64,000 nucleotides of DNA. It comes from Octopus sinensis. Taxonomy: Eukaryota. This document shows, in pieces, positions 26,877 through 39,301 of the stretch. The notes below the pieces were generated by a model. It was not told the DNA's origin and ran no database searches. It saw nothing but the letters and a program-made list of their open reading frames with translations. A program made the position numbers and the translations under genes. Numbering within the stretch: position 1 is the first letter of the stretch; every line of letters starts with the position of its first letter. The stretch covers positions 12,276,001 to 12,340,000 of the forward strand of contig NC_043020.1 in the NCBI RefSeq assembly GCF_006345805.1. The letters run 5' to 3'.

Positions 26877-27027
26877 CGAGAGAAAGAAAGAGCGAGAGAG
26901 AAAGAGCGAGAGAGAGAAAGAGCGAGAGAGAGAAAGAGCGAGAGAAAGAAAGAGCGAGAGAAAGAAAGAGCGAGAGAGAGAAAGCAAGAGAAAGAAAGAG
27001 CGCGAGTGCGAGTGAGAGAGAGAGAGA
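26547..27027. repeat. (GA)-rich microsatellite
   Basis: GA tract with recurring GGGAGAAAGAGC motif. Confidence 0.95.
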
Positions 27028-27054
27028 ATAACGTGAAAAATATCACATAGGTGT

Positions 27055-27092
<38 letters not shown>

Positions 27093-27524
27093 AATCACAG
27101 GGATATCGTAATACATAGGTTGTATGACAAATAGGGAGATTCTAAAGCTTATACGATTATATTATACTATATGAGACGTATCGTAACTGCACACGGTTAT
27201 GTCATAGCCGGATTTCGCATATCAACGCATATTCTTTATGAAGTAGCTGCATCATAACACGGCAGATATATCACATCACGTGACACATTGGATTTATCAA
27301 TGAAATACGATACAGGTGAGGTATATCACAAAATATGATACGTGATATTTATATCACAATGTATAAATAAGATCCATCGTAACATCTGGGATACATCAGG
27401 AGATATCATAACACGTAATACATCGTAAAGAATAAGATATGATAGCAAGAAATATACATAAATCCTTATACAATCGCAGAGACACATACATATATACATA
27501 GAAACATACACACATACTTACAGA

Positions 27525-27757
27525 GGTACTACTAGCGAACAGGGGTCCCGGTGTGCGCACTCGCGCATCTGCGCTTGCTAGTCGTAAGTAGTCGATCCTA
27601 CAACGACTTTTTAACCCTAATTTTTTAACCTAACCCTAGTTTGTTTATAAAAATAATTTATTTACTTAGTTTAAAAAATTGTAGGATCGACTACTTACAA
27701 CTAGCTAGCGAGGACGCGCAAGTGCGCGCAGTGGGACCACTTTTCGCTTGTGGTACC
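27525..27757. mobile_element. MITE with ~80-bp imperfect TIRs and 8-bp TSD (Merlin-like termini)
   Basis: GGTAC...GTACC ends; TSD CTTACAGA at 27517-27524 and 27758-27765; inner TIR CTAGTCGTAAGTAGTCGATCCTACAA / TTGTAGGATCGACTACTTACAACTAG; internal TAACCCTA motifs. Confidence 0.8.
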
Positions 27758-27778
27758 CTTACAGACATACGTCTACAT

Positions 27779-27975
27779 CAGTGCTTTTCAACCTTTTTAC
27801 TGGAGCGGAACCCCAAGAAAACATTCCACTGGCTCGAGGAACCCCTGTGCAATAATTTGTCTTATGCACACATATCTGCACAGGAGAATTAAAAATTACA
27901 GTCGATTTTAGCATTTTTGTAACTTTTTGCGGAACCCCTGGACGGTACTGGCGGAACCCTGGTTGAAAACCACTG
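27779..27975. mobile_element. hAT (Charlie-like) MITE, 197 bp
   Basis: 15-bp TIR CAGTG(C/G)TTTTCAACC; 8-bp TSD GTCTACAT at 27771-27778 and 27976-27983, close to the NTCTAGAN Charlie target preference. Confidence 0.88.
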
Positions 27976-28903
27976 GTCTACATACATATATATTTCTTTA
28001 CTACCCACAAAGGGGCTAAACACAGAGGTGACAAACAAGGACAGACAAACGGATTAAGTCGATTACATCGACCCAAGTGCGTAACTGGTACTTAATTTAT
28101 CGACCCCGAAAGGATGAAAGGCAAAGTCGACCTCGGCGGAATTTGAACTCAGAAAGTAACGGCAGACGAAATACGGCTACGCATTTCGCCCGGCGTGCTA
28201 ACGTTTCTGCCAGCTCGCCGCCATATACCTACATACATACATACATATTTGTCTCTGACTCATTCTTTCTCTATAGACACACACACACACCACATTATTA
28301 GTGCATGTGGAGGTAAGTGTGTGGTGAAACGACGGTACGGCATTAATAATTTAATTGTAGTCTGGTGGAGTATAAGCAAAAGTGGAGCAGGTACGTTAGC
28401 GGTAGCGGGCAGAGTAGGGCAGTACTAAAAACTAGATTGGAGGAGCGATGGTCGTGGTAGGGATGAGATACTAAATAGTAGGGGTTTCTGGGTTGTTTTT
28501 GCATGTTTAAGTTATGCGCATGTTTGTATGTGTATATATATTTACTCTTTTACTTGTTTCAGTCATGGGACTGTGGCCATGCTGGAGTACGACCTTAAGT
28601 CGAAGAAATCGACTTAATCTTTATAAGCCTAAGTACTTGTTCTATCGGTCTCTTTTGCCGAACCGCAAGGTCACGGGGACGTAAACAGACCAACACCGGT
28701 TGCTTGGCGGTGCCGGTGGTGACGGAAACAGATACAAACATTCATAATGCATACATACATATATATATATGTGTGTATATAGGCGTAGGAGTGGCTGTGT
28801 GGTAAGTAGCTTGCTTACTAACCACATGGTTCCGGGCCGACCAAAGTCTTGAGTGAATTTGGTAGACGGAAACTGAAAGAAGTCTCTCGTGTGTGTGTGT
28901 GTG

Positions 28904-28954
<51 letters not shown>

Positions 28955-28958
<4 letters not shown>

Positions 28959-30056
28959 ATAAATATTAGGAATAAATCCAAATTTACAGGGAAAAAAATC
29001 AGATTTAGGATTAAATCCATTTTATAGTAAAATATTATAAAATATTATTAGAGACAAAACCACTATTTTGCAAAACAAACAAGGAAAGACTTAATACATA
29101 AAATTTTAATAAATAGTCAAAAAAACCGCCACTACAATCGTTTCTTGTCTTGATCGACAATCTTCAGGTGGACTTCCAATCTAAAAAATCAAAATTTTAA
29201 AATATAAAAATAATAATTTTAAATAATTAAAGTATAAATGAAAAAATATAAGTATATAATCCATATATAACCTATATATAATCCATATCGAAAATATAGA
29301 CAAATTACCACGAATTCCCTAAAAAAAACCATGAAAAACAAAACTCTTAAAACCATATAACGATAAAATCTCCCTTTGCTAAACTCTAAAACAAACCTAT
29401 ATAGTAATCCCCCTAACCTAAACATTCACACACAAAATACACAACGTAAACCACAGACCCACGACTTATACACATACCTATACTAACTTATAAACCTCAA
29501 TATACACCAAAACCCACTCCTCCCACACAGACAAATTAACACATACATCCCAAACCTAAATAACAAACCCATATACACATTCACACACAAACACACCACA
29601 CACACGCAAAACACGCACACACAACAGATACATATTCTCCCTCACATATACGCATATACATACTCACTAAACTCGACATATACAACAATACTACACACCC
29701 ACAAAAATCATTAATACATTTATGAGCTTTAACTCACCTTAGCAGCTCTAACAAACAACTTGCAGTAACCCAATCCCATTCTCTATGCCTACCTCACTAC
29801 TACACTATTCCATTCACAATTCCAAGCAACGCTAGTCCACCACCCGGTTATTCACGTGGCAAAACGAACACCACTCAAAAATTATGAATGAAACAATGTA
29901 AAAAAATAACCAACATCGAAAATAGACAAATTACCACGAATTACCTAAAAAAAACCATAGTGGCGGTTTTTTTGACTATTTATTAAAATTTTATGTATTG
30001 ATTAAGTCTTTCCTTGTTTGTTTTGCAAAATAGTGGTTTTGTCTCTAATAATATTT

Positions 30057-30060
<4 letters not shown>
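28955..30060. mobile_element. Non-coding Penelope-like (pLTR-type) element with inverted repeat
   Basis: ~100-bp inverted repeat 29036-29134 / 29958-30060 (one 4-bp indel), ~48-bp direct repeat 29284-29331 / 29911-29958, hammerhead motif, (TA)n on both sides. Confidence 0.65.
29129..29171 (-). ncRNA. Type I hammerhead ribozyme with complete core
   Basis: Minus strand CCAC CTGAAGA TTGTC-GATCAA-GACAA GAA AC-GATT-GT A GTGG: stem I 4 bp, stem II 5 bp, stem III 2 bp plus 4-nt loop, GUA cleavage triplet (cut between + positions 29133 and 29132). Confidence 0.75.
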
Positions 30061-30105
<45 letters not shown>

Positions 30106-30445
30106 TTGTCCCCTCACAACGTCGCTTGACAACCGATGCTGGTGTGTTTACGTCCCCGTAACTTAGCGGTTCGGCAAAAGAGACCGATAGAATAAGTACT
30201 AGGCTTGCAAATAATAAGTCCTGGGGTCGATTTGCTCGATCAAAGGCGGTGCTTCAGGATGGCCACAGTCAAATGACTGAAACAAGTAAAAGAGTAAAGA
30301 GAGTATATACGACAAGAAATAATTTTTGTCTCTTTTTATGGAAACAAAAGGGTTTATAGGACTGCCGAAATGAAGGGCTCAAATGTCAATGAGACAAAGG
30401 TAAAGAAACATTAATCCTAGAACAAACATCAAATTCGAGTCAACG

Positions 30446-30833
30446 GAGGAGGAAGCACTCCGTCGGTTACGACGACGAGGGTTCCGGTTGATCCGAATCA
30501 ACGGAACAGCCTGCTCGTGAAATTAACGTGTAAGTGGCTGAGCACTCCACAGACACGTGTACCCTTAACATAGTTCTTGGGGATATTCAGCGTGACACAG
30601 AGAGTGACAAGGCCGGCCCTTTGAAATACAGGTACAACAGAAACAGGAAGTAAGAGTGAGAGAAAGTTGTGGTGAAAGAGTACAGCAGGGATCACCACCA
30701 TCCCCTGCCGGAGCCTCGTGGAGCTTTAGGTGTTTTCGCTCAATAAACACTCACAACGCCCGGTCTGGGAATCGAAACCGCGATCCTACGACCGCGAGTC
30801 CGCTGCCCTAACCACTGGGCCATTGCGCCTCCA
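30446..30833 (-). mobile_element. tRNA-derived SINE (family R, OR-like)
   Basis: Head GGAGGCGCAATGGCCCAGTGGTTAGGGCAGCGGACTCGCGGTCGTAGGATCGCGGTTTCGATTCC; TSD TTCGAGTCAACG. Other copies: 35392-35782(+; TSD AATTGTGCATG), 47945-48296(-), 61450-61748(+), 59195-59385(+), variants 13190-13487(-), 34255-34545(-). Similarity to octopus OR SINEs is from memory. Confidence 0.8.
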
Positions 30834-31390
30834 CTTCGAGTCAACGACTTTATATATAACACCATACCTCAAACATTTGATCATATATAATTACCATGGT
30901 TCTTAAACATACAAAAAATATATAAAAATATACATAAAAAACACAGAAGGTTAAAATATATATGCGAATAAGAAAGAAATACATAGAGAAACTTATCAAA
31001 AGGTAAATATATACGACTAAGAATTCATAAAAATTCTAAAGCGTGTCGTGTTACGAAAAAAAAAACGAAGATAAGATAAAATATCAATCGACTAAAAATA
31101 TTTTTTAAGGTTTTTAAAAAAAAAAATTTTTTTTACTCCTCTCACACAAGAGTACTTCCAAAAGTTCAATTCTTAAAACCATGGTTGGTTAGAATCCATG
31201 AACAAATAAAAATTACTCAATATCAATTCAAACACACCTATGGTCATTTCGGAAGCTCATTACCGTGGTTCGATTACATTTAAAGTGCATCACGACAACG
31301 ACCTCAACAGGAAACACGCACAGAACAAATCTAAAATGTGTTTTTTTTATTACCTACAAAAGGCCGATAAAGAATGGATAAACAAACATG

Positions 31391-31790
31391 GGATCTTTTC
31401 CTTTTGATAGCCAGATGTCAACACAATTTCTAGTTAACTAAACACTTTTAAACTTCGTATACTGGTAGAATGTGTTTATAAAACATCATTTTTTCTTGGC
31501 TTTGAGAAAATTCTATATGTTGTAAGATATTTCGTATGAAAATCCGAGCATTTCGGCAATTTTAACCAATCGATTACCTCCATTCAACTAAAATCATTTG
31601 CTGCAGCTCAAAAAAGAGCATAGGATTGGTTAAAATTCGAAAAATTAAACTACGTTAAACAAACAAATTACAATTTTCTCAAGAAAGCCAAGAGAAAAAA
31701 ATGTTTTATTTTGACACATTCTACCAGTATACGAAGTTTTAAAGTGTTTAGTTAACTAGAAATTGTCTGCCATTCAAATGGAAAAGATCT
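31391..31790. mobile_element. 400-bp MITE with ~120-bp TIRs and 8-bp TSD
   Basis: Ends GGATCTTTTCC / GGAAAAGATCT; TSD CAAACATG at 31383-31390 and 31791-31798. Confidence 0.85.
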
Positions 31791-31929
31791 CAAACATGTG
31801 GGGACATAGAACAATTAGAAAAAAATAAAAACGCATGATATTAATGAATGAAAATGAAAATGATAAATAAAAATGAGCGACTTACCCCACCTCCAAGCAG
31901 CATCGCTTCTTTCAAATCCTGAATTTTTC

Positions 31930-33400
31930 AAATGTCTAGGCCATATTTTTTGACCAGTTCTTCATACTTTATATTGTCTTGTATTTCTTTTATATTACAG
32001 TTTATTTTCCAATACTTAAATCCACCTTTGTATTCATCCACCTCGCTTTTTCGACAATCAGACACAAAAACGCAAGTGTACCTATTTCTTTACAACCCAC
32101 AAGGGGCTAAACACAGAGGGGACAGACAAACGGATTAAGTCGATTATATCGACCCCAGTGCGTAACTGGTACTTATTTAATCGACCCCGAAAGGATGAAA
32201 GGCAAAGTCGACCTCGGCGGAATTTGAACTCAGAACGTAACGGCAGACGAAATACTGCTAAGCATTTCGCCCGGCGTGCTAACGTTTCTGCCAAGCTCGC
32301 CACCTTCAAAAACGCAAGTGTACCATCCGTCTATGTTTGACTCCTTCCAAGTTCGCAAACCTTACATCCTTCCATCTTTTCGTTTTCTTCACTAGTTCCA
32401 TATCCACCCCTTCGTACATTATACATGCATAACAATTAAGTGGAGGAATTTGTAATTTCTTGTGTGGCTGCAATTCTTTTTTCTTTTTGTTTTGTGTCAG
32501 CAGGGAATGGGTGGGGTTTGGTGTCCGTTTTCTTCCTTCTGCCACTTTCCACGGTTCTTCCTCGTTCGATTTATTGCCTTTTTCTACCTTCTCCGGTTCC
32601 TTCCCGGTTTCCTCCTGGTTTTCCTTATTCTTTGAAAGGCAGTCCGCTCTAATGTGGTCCTTTTGGCCACATCTGAAGCAACGAGGGATTCTGCCCTCTA
32701 CCCAGACTCCTAACACCGCATCTCCTATGGTCACCATCTCTGCCTCTGCCATTTTTTCCCAAGTTCTCTGTTGTGCTCTGTATTATTATGTTTAATATTT
32801 GTCCCTTCCAATTTGTGGCCTCTGTCATTGTGGCTTGGAGAACGGTCACTTCTTCGCTTCACAGAATCACAGCCGCCGCCACCACCCAAGCCACATCTAT
32901 TTCAGGGGAGGGGGGATTCCCACCACCCTGACACTAGAAGTCCTTCCAAGGTACGTGGGTAGGAGGACCACTCTTTCTGCCCTTAATGGGGTCACCGAAT
33001 GTTCCTTAGCTTTTCTTGCATTTTTGAAGTGTACTTCTATAGTTCCAGATCGGCTTCCCCTGACAAGATGGGTTATATCCTGCCATATTGGCCTCAATGC
33101 CTCTTCAATTGTTTCCGTTGTTTCGTATTCAATCCTCCTCTCTTTCACCGAGTATACTTTGTATACAATTGTTTTTTCCGCCATGCTTTTCAGCACTTCC
33201 TGGGGTGGTGACAACTTTACATCACCACCTTCCTTGTCTACCATTTTCTCGAAGCTCCATAAATTTGTTGAGACTTCTGTCGCCTCTGCGAAACTCCTCT
33301 ATCACGTCAATCGCTCGCACGAGCTTCTCCTCAGAAGACGACAATTCAGACCCGCTTAGGGATGAATAAAATGAATTCCTTGTCGAAGACCTGGTCATCT
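31930..33400 (-). pseudogene. Frameshifted ORF1-like (gag-like zinc knuckle) of a non-LTR retrotransposon, probably L1/Tx1-type
   Basis: ORFs 32897-33244 and 32306-32752 join across a frameshift; CCHC knuckle C-FR-C-GQKD-H-IRAD-C preceded by VWVEG, upstream LPTYLGR..VRVVGIPP; interrupted by a SINE; no ORF2 downstream in the window. Confidence 0.6.
32083..32306 (-). mobile_element. SINE family M monomer inserted in the ORF1 remnant
   Basis: Perfect 18-bp TSD CAAAAACGCAAGTGTACC at 32065-32082 and 32307-32324. Confidence 0.9.
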
Positions 33401-33770
33401 CTCCTCAGATGTGGAGAGAAAGCACAAACAGAAAAAACCGCTGCAAAGCAGCACAAAACAATCAACAATTCTTCAAACAATCAACAATTTCTCAAAAAAC
33501 GAATATTATGAAATCTTACAGAAGCACAGAGCAAAGCTAAAAAGCTGGTACAGCGCCGCAAAGCTAATTTTAAAGATAAACCAATCACAGGACCAGTCCA
33601 AATTTTCTAACACACAGAATAAAAAAAACAAAAGCAAAAACGAATTATTTTATTGCTAAACACACAGGTGGCTGTTGTTGATAGAAATTTAAAGTCGCCG
33701 GTTTCAAATCCCCGTAAAACTAAATATATTTATTTTTACTATTCTATTTTTTACTATTTCTATTTTTACT

Positions 33771-34135
33771 TCAATACACTTTCAGAAAAGTAGAAGAAAA
33801 CTTCTTGTTGCAAAAAGGGATCACCTCAGTAAATTTATTTAAAGTTTTAGGCCCAAATGACTTAAGGATGGCAAGGGATTCCCTTACACATAGCTTACAC
33901 GTATTAATATTAACCCTGAAATAAGGGGCCTTCGAAATAACACACCATTCAAGAGAATATCTTTTATTATTCCTCTTTAAACCGTGTATATAAGATGCAA
34001 GTGTAGTAGAATTACTGTATTTTTCGTTCGAAAATGAATTCATGTGGGCCCTACACCTAACCTTAAAATTTACAGTACTCCCTATATAAAACTTATCCAA
34101 ATTACCCTCCTCTTTAATAACGCATTTATATATTG
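33771..34135 (-). pseudogene. Penelope-like element GIY-YIG endonuclease fragment
   Basis: NAIYKC..EEGNLDKFYIGSTVNFKVRCRAHMNSF...STTLASYIHGLK...YSLEWCVISKA...CKLCVRESLAIL...LNK; no upstream RT (replaced by microsatellite/SINE). Confidence 0.85.
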
Positions 34136-34188
34136 CATTAGTAGTGACCTACGAAAATCTGTCGTCCACTTTGATTTTTGTTTATATA

Positions 34189-34244
<56 letters not shown>

Positions 34245-37200
34245 GCTTGTTCCTTTTCGAGCCATGCATGACTCATAGGGGTCGGTTTCCAGGTTTCCTT
34301 GGCGTATAGGTTCCCCACCTGGACGGGACGCCGGTCCGTCACAGGTGAGCTGCAAGATGCAGGAGGAAATAGTGAGAGAAAGTTGTGGCGAAAGAGTCAG
34401 CAGATGTTCGCCATTACCTTCTGCCGGAGCCGTGTGGAGCTTAGGTGTTTTCGCACATAAGCACACACATCACCCGGTCTGAGATTCGAACTCGCGTTCC
34501 TTGACCGTGAGTCCGCTGCTCTAACCACTAGGCCATGTGCTTCCGCACACACACACACACACATACACACACACATATATATTTATATATATATATATAT
34601 ATACAAAAGGCTTCTTTCAGTTTCCGTCTTTAGTCGAGCAAATCAACCCCAGGAATTATTCTTTGTAAGCCTAGTACTTATTCTATCGGTCTCTTTTGCC
34701 GAACCGCTAAGTGACGGGGACGTAAACACACCAGCATCGGTTGTCAAGCAATGCTAGGGAGACAAACACAAACATATACACACACATCCATACATATATA
34801 TATACATATATACGACAGGCTTCTTTCAGTTTCCGTCTACCAAATCCACTCAAAAAGCTTTGGTCGACCCGTTCTAGAGCAGAAGACACTTGCCCTAGCT
34901 TCTAGGCAGTGGGACTGAACTCGGAACCATGTGGTTGGGAAGCAAATTCTTACCATACAGCTGCGCGTATAAATTTTGTGTGTGTGCGCAGGTATCTGGC
35001 ATTTCATTCTTTACGACGACGAGGGCTCCCATCGACCCACTCAACCGTAGAGCCTGCTCTAAAAATTAACTTGCAAGTGGCTGAGCCCTCCACAGACACG
35101 CAAACCCGTAACGTAGTTCTCAGGGAGATTCAGCATGACCGAGTGTGACAAGGCTCACCCTTTGAACAGGTACTACTCATTTTTTTTCTAGCTGAGTGGA
35201 CTGGAGAAATGTAAGTAAAGTGTTTTGCTCAAGGACACCAGGCGCCGGTGAGAATCGAACTGACGATCAAACGGTCGTGAGTCAAATACGCTAACCACTA
35301 AGCCACGCATCTTCACACACATAGAGAAAGAGAGAGGCATGTATTTGTTTTTGTGCGTATGTGCGAGTGAATATGTGTATAATTGTGCATGGTCGAGGCG
35401 CAATGGCCCAGTGGTTAGGGCAGCGGACTCGCGGTCGTAGGATCGCGGTTTCGATTCCCAGACCGGGCGTTGTGAGTGTTTATTGAGCGAAAACAACTAA
35501 AAGCTCCACGAGGCTCTGGCAGGGGATGGTGGTGATCCCTGCTGTACTCTTTCACCACAACTTTCTCTCACTCTTACTTCCTGTTTCTGTTGTACCTGTA
35601 TTTCAAAGGGCCGGCCTTGTCACTCTCTGTGTCACGCTGAATATCCCCGAGAACTACGTTAAGAGTGCACGTGTCTGTGGAGTGCTCAGCCACTTACACG
35701 TTAATTTCACGAGCAGGCTGTTCCGTTGATTCGGATCAACCGGAACCATCGTCGTTGTAACCAACGGAGTGCTTCCATATCCAATTGTGCATGAATTCGG
35801 GTATGTCTGCATACACATGTCTGTGTGTTAATATGTGTATGTTTGTTAGGCGGCGAGCAGGCAGAAGCGTTAGCACGCCGGGCGAAATGCGTAGCAGTAT
35901 CTCGTCTGCCACTACGTTCTGAGTTCAAATTCCGCCGAGGTCGACTTTGCCTTTCATCCTTTCGGAGTCGATTGAATAAGTACCAGTTACGCACTGGGGT
36001 CGATATAATCGACTTAATCCGCTTGTCTATCCTTGTTTGTCCCCTCTGTGTGTAACCCTTGTACACCGGAGTCGATATAATCGACTTGATCCGTTTGTCT
36101 GTCCTTGTTTGTCCTCTCTGTGTTTAGCCCCTTGTGGGTAGTAAAGAAATAGGTATTTCGTCTGACGTTACGTTCTGAGTTCAAAATCCGCCGAGGTCGA
36201 CTTTGCCTTTCATCTTTTCGGAGTCGATTAAATAAGTACCAGTAACGCACTGGAGTCGATATAATAGAATTAATCCGTTTGTCTGTCCTTGTTTGTCTCC
36301 TCTGTGTGTAGCCCCTTGTGGGCAGTAAAGAAATAAGAGACGTTAGTACGCCGGGAGAAGTGCTTAGCGATATTTCGTCTGTCTTTACGTTCTGTGTTCA
36401 AATTCCGCCGAGGTCGACTTTGCCTTTCATCCTTTCGGGGTCAATAAATTAAGTATCAGTTGCGTACTGGGGTCGATCTAATCGACTGGCTCCCTCACCC
36501 CAAAATTTCGGGCCTTGTGCCTAGTGTAGAAAAGAATACGTGTATGTTTGTAGAAGGAAGAAACATTAAGCATTTCTGAAGTTCTTCTGAAGTTGTTGTC
36601 GCTGTTCATGTTATTGTTGTTAATGTTGTTGTTGATAGTGGTGGTGGTGGTGGTGGTGTTGGTGGCAGCGGTAGAAGTGTGTGAATTGTAATTGTGTTAA
36701 CAGGTTGACAGATCGTATCATGATAGTTATGCGTTGGTTTGTTGGTCTAGGGCCAACACAGTTCTTCCTCACTACCACCCTCCACCAATTTATCAATGGT
36801 TCATTCCACGTATATATATATATATATATACGCCAACATATACGCACGCATGAACGCATAACATACACACACTGCCGTGTTGTAATTATATATTTATTTT
36901 TATTTTATCTAGTTTCAGCTCACGAGCTGTGGCCATGCTGAGGCACCGCCATTGTTACGTGGATAATTATGTGGATAATTATATCGTAGTTATACCGAAA
37001 ATACGTTTTTGTGCGAAACATTTAAGGAAGGAGCTCAGCAAAGGGCTGAACAATGAAATTTAACGTGATAATAGATACAAGTATACAGACATAATATATA
37101 AAATGATACAGGGTGTCACAAAATTCTTTTCTACTCTAGGCACAAGGCCCGAAATTTTGTGGGAGGGTGCCAGTCGATTAGATCAACCCCAGTACACAAC

Positions 37201-37789
37201 TGATACTTAATTTATTGACCCCGAAAGGATGAACGGCAAAAATTTGAACTCAGAACGTAAAGACAGACTAAATACTGCTAAGTATTTCGCTCGGCGTACT
37301 AACGTTTCTTATTTCTTTATTGCCCACAAAGGGCTACACACAGAGGGGACAAACAAGGACAGACAAATGGATTAAGTCGATTATATCGACCCCAGTGCGT
37401 AACTGGTACTTATTTTATCGACCCCGAAAGGATGAAAGGCAAAGTCGACCTCGGCGGAATCTGAACTCAGAACGTAACGGCAGACGAAATACCGCTAAGC
37501 ATTTCGCCCGGCGTGCTAACGTTTCTGCCAGCTCGCCACCTTAGGGTGTCCCAAAATTAAGGCAACCAACTATTTTCAATTTCCAAAAAGGAAAATATTG
37601 TTATATTTAGGTTCCGAGCATTGCAATGCAATGATAAACGAAACACAATTACTACACTACCATATCATTCGAAGAGGCACCTCCAACAGGACTTTGCCAT
37701 TGAAGCAGTTCCAGCTACTCAGAATGTCGCTAATGTATCACTGGTGTTAATTTTAAAACACACACACACACACACACATATATTTATTT

Positions 37790-37925
37790 AAAGTTTTAGG
37801 CCCAAATGACTTAAGGATGGCAAGGGGTTCCCTTACACATAGCTTACTATTCTATTTTTTACTATTTCTATTTTTACTTCTATACACTTTCAGAAAAGTA
37901 GAAGAAAACTTCTTGTTGCAAAAAG
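37790..37925 (-). mobile_element. Permuted fragment of the 33.7-33.9 kb Penelope 3' end
   Basis: The same two blocks as 33740-33900 in swapped order. Confidence 0.75.
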
Positions 37926-39268
37926 GGATCACACAGCACACACGGATTGTTATTAGTATTATTCTTAGCTGTGCTGTGAGAAGCTTACTTCCTAACCACA
38001 TGGTTTTGGATTCAAATACCTGCGTGGCACCATGGACAAGAGTCTTCTACTATAGCCTTGGGCCGACCTAAGCTTTGTCAGTGGATTTGGTAGACGGAAA
38101 CCGAAAGACGACTGTCGTGTGCGTATATATATATATATATATATATATATAGGTGCAGGTGTGGCAAATAGCTTGCTTATCAACCACATAGTTCCGGGTT
38201 CAGTCCCACAGTGTGGCACCTTGGGCAAGTGTCTTCTACTATAGCCCCGGGCCGACCAAGACCTTGTGAGTGGATTTGGTAGACGGAAACTGAAAAGAAG
38301 CCTGTCGTATATGTGGAAATCTGTGTGTGTGTTTGCTTGTGGCGTTGTTATCTAACTCCTCCTACATAGTTTAATCGATTTTGATGAAACTTGACACGTG
38401 CGTAGAACCCATGTCTGGAAAACTAGCGACGTACTTAGATTGTTGAAAAATAGGACCCCTTGAAGAGATTCTTATATCCACTACATATAACTACATATAA
38501 CTGAAATACTATTTTGAAACATCCAAGGGAAATAACCCATTCGCACTTGAAAGGGATCCTTATATGTAGCCAAGGGAAATAACCCATTTATGTTCGTAAA
38601 TTATTTCATATAAATCAAATTGAGTATGCTTATTTCTTAGTATTTTAACTATTTGAGTTATTTTCGCAACTTATGCAGTACGACTCTTAAACAAGTTAAA
38701 AAGTACTTTCCTAAACAATTGATTCAATTATTTCAGTTAGTGACTTATTCACGAATATAACAACACTAGCGCCGCTGAGGGTGATATTCTCTGCGAACGC
38801 ACAAAAACTTTTTTTTTTCAGAGTTATTTACATTGAATTGTAATTATCTTATATCTGATTAGCCTGTAATTACGTAACATGCTTCACGATTTTAGTATAT
38901 ATACCTTATTAGTAGTTCCACCTAAGTTCAATATACTCTGGGAACGCATTAAACCCCTTTCCGGGGCTACTTTATTTGAATTCTTACTATCGGGTAATTA
39001 ATTTCGTGTTATTACATAACTGACTTCACAATTTGGGTATTCATAACTTACTGAGAATTCCTAAAAAACAAGATCCTGTGTTTGTCCCACCACCATCGCT
39101 TGACAACCGATGTTCGTGTGTTTACGTCCCCGTAACTTAGCAGTTTGGCAAAAGGAATCGACAGAATAAGTACTAACCTTACAAAAAATAAGTCCAAGGT
39201 TCGATTTGTTCAACTAAAAGGCGGTGCTCCAGCATGGTCGAAGTCATATGACTGAAACAAATAAAAGA

Positions 39269-39301
<33 letters not shown>

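Noticed and set aside
30760-30833. tRNA genes at SINE heads (also 35392, 48230, 61450)
   Set aside because: They continue into a shared ~300-bp body with TSDs and lack a proper acceptor stem, so they are SINE heads.
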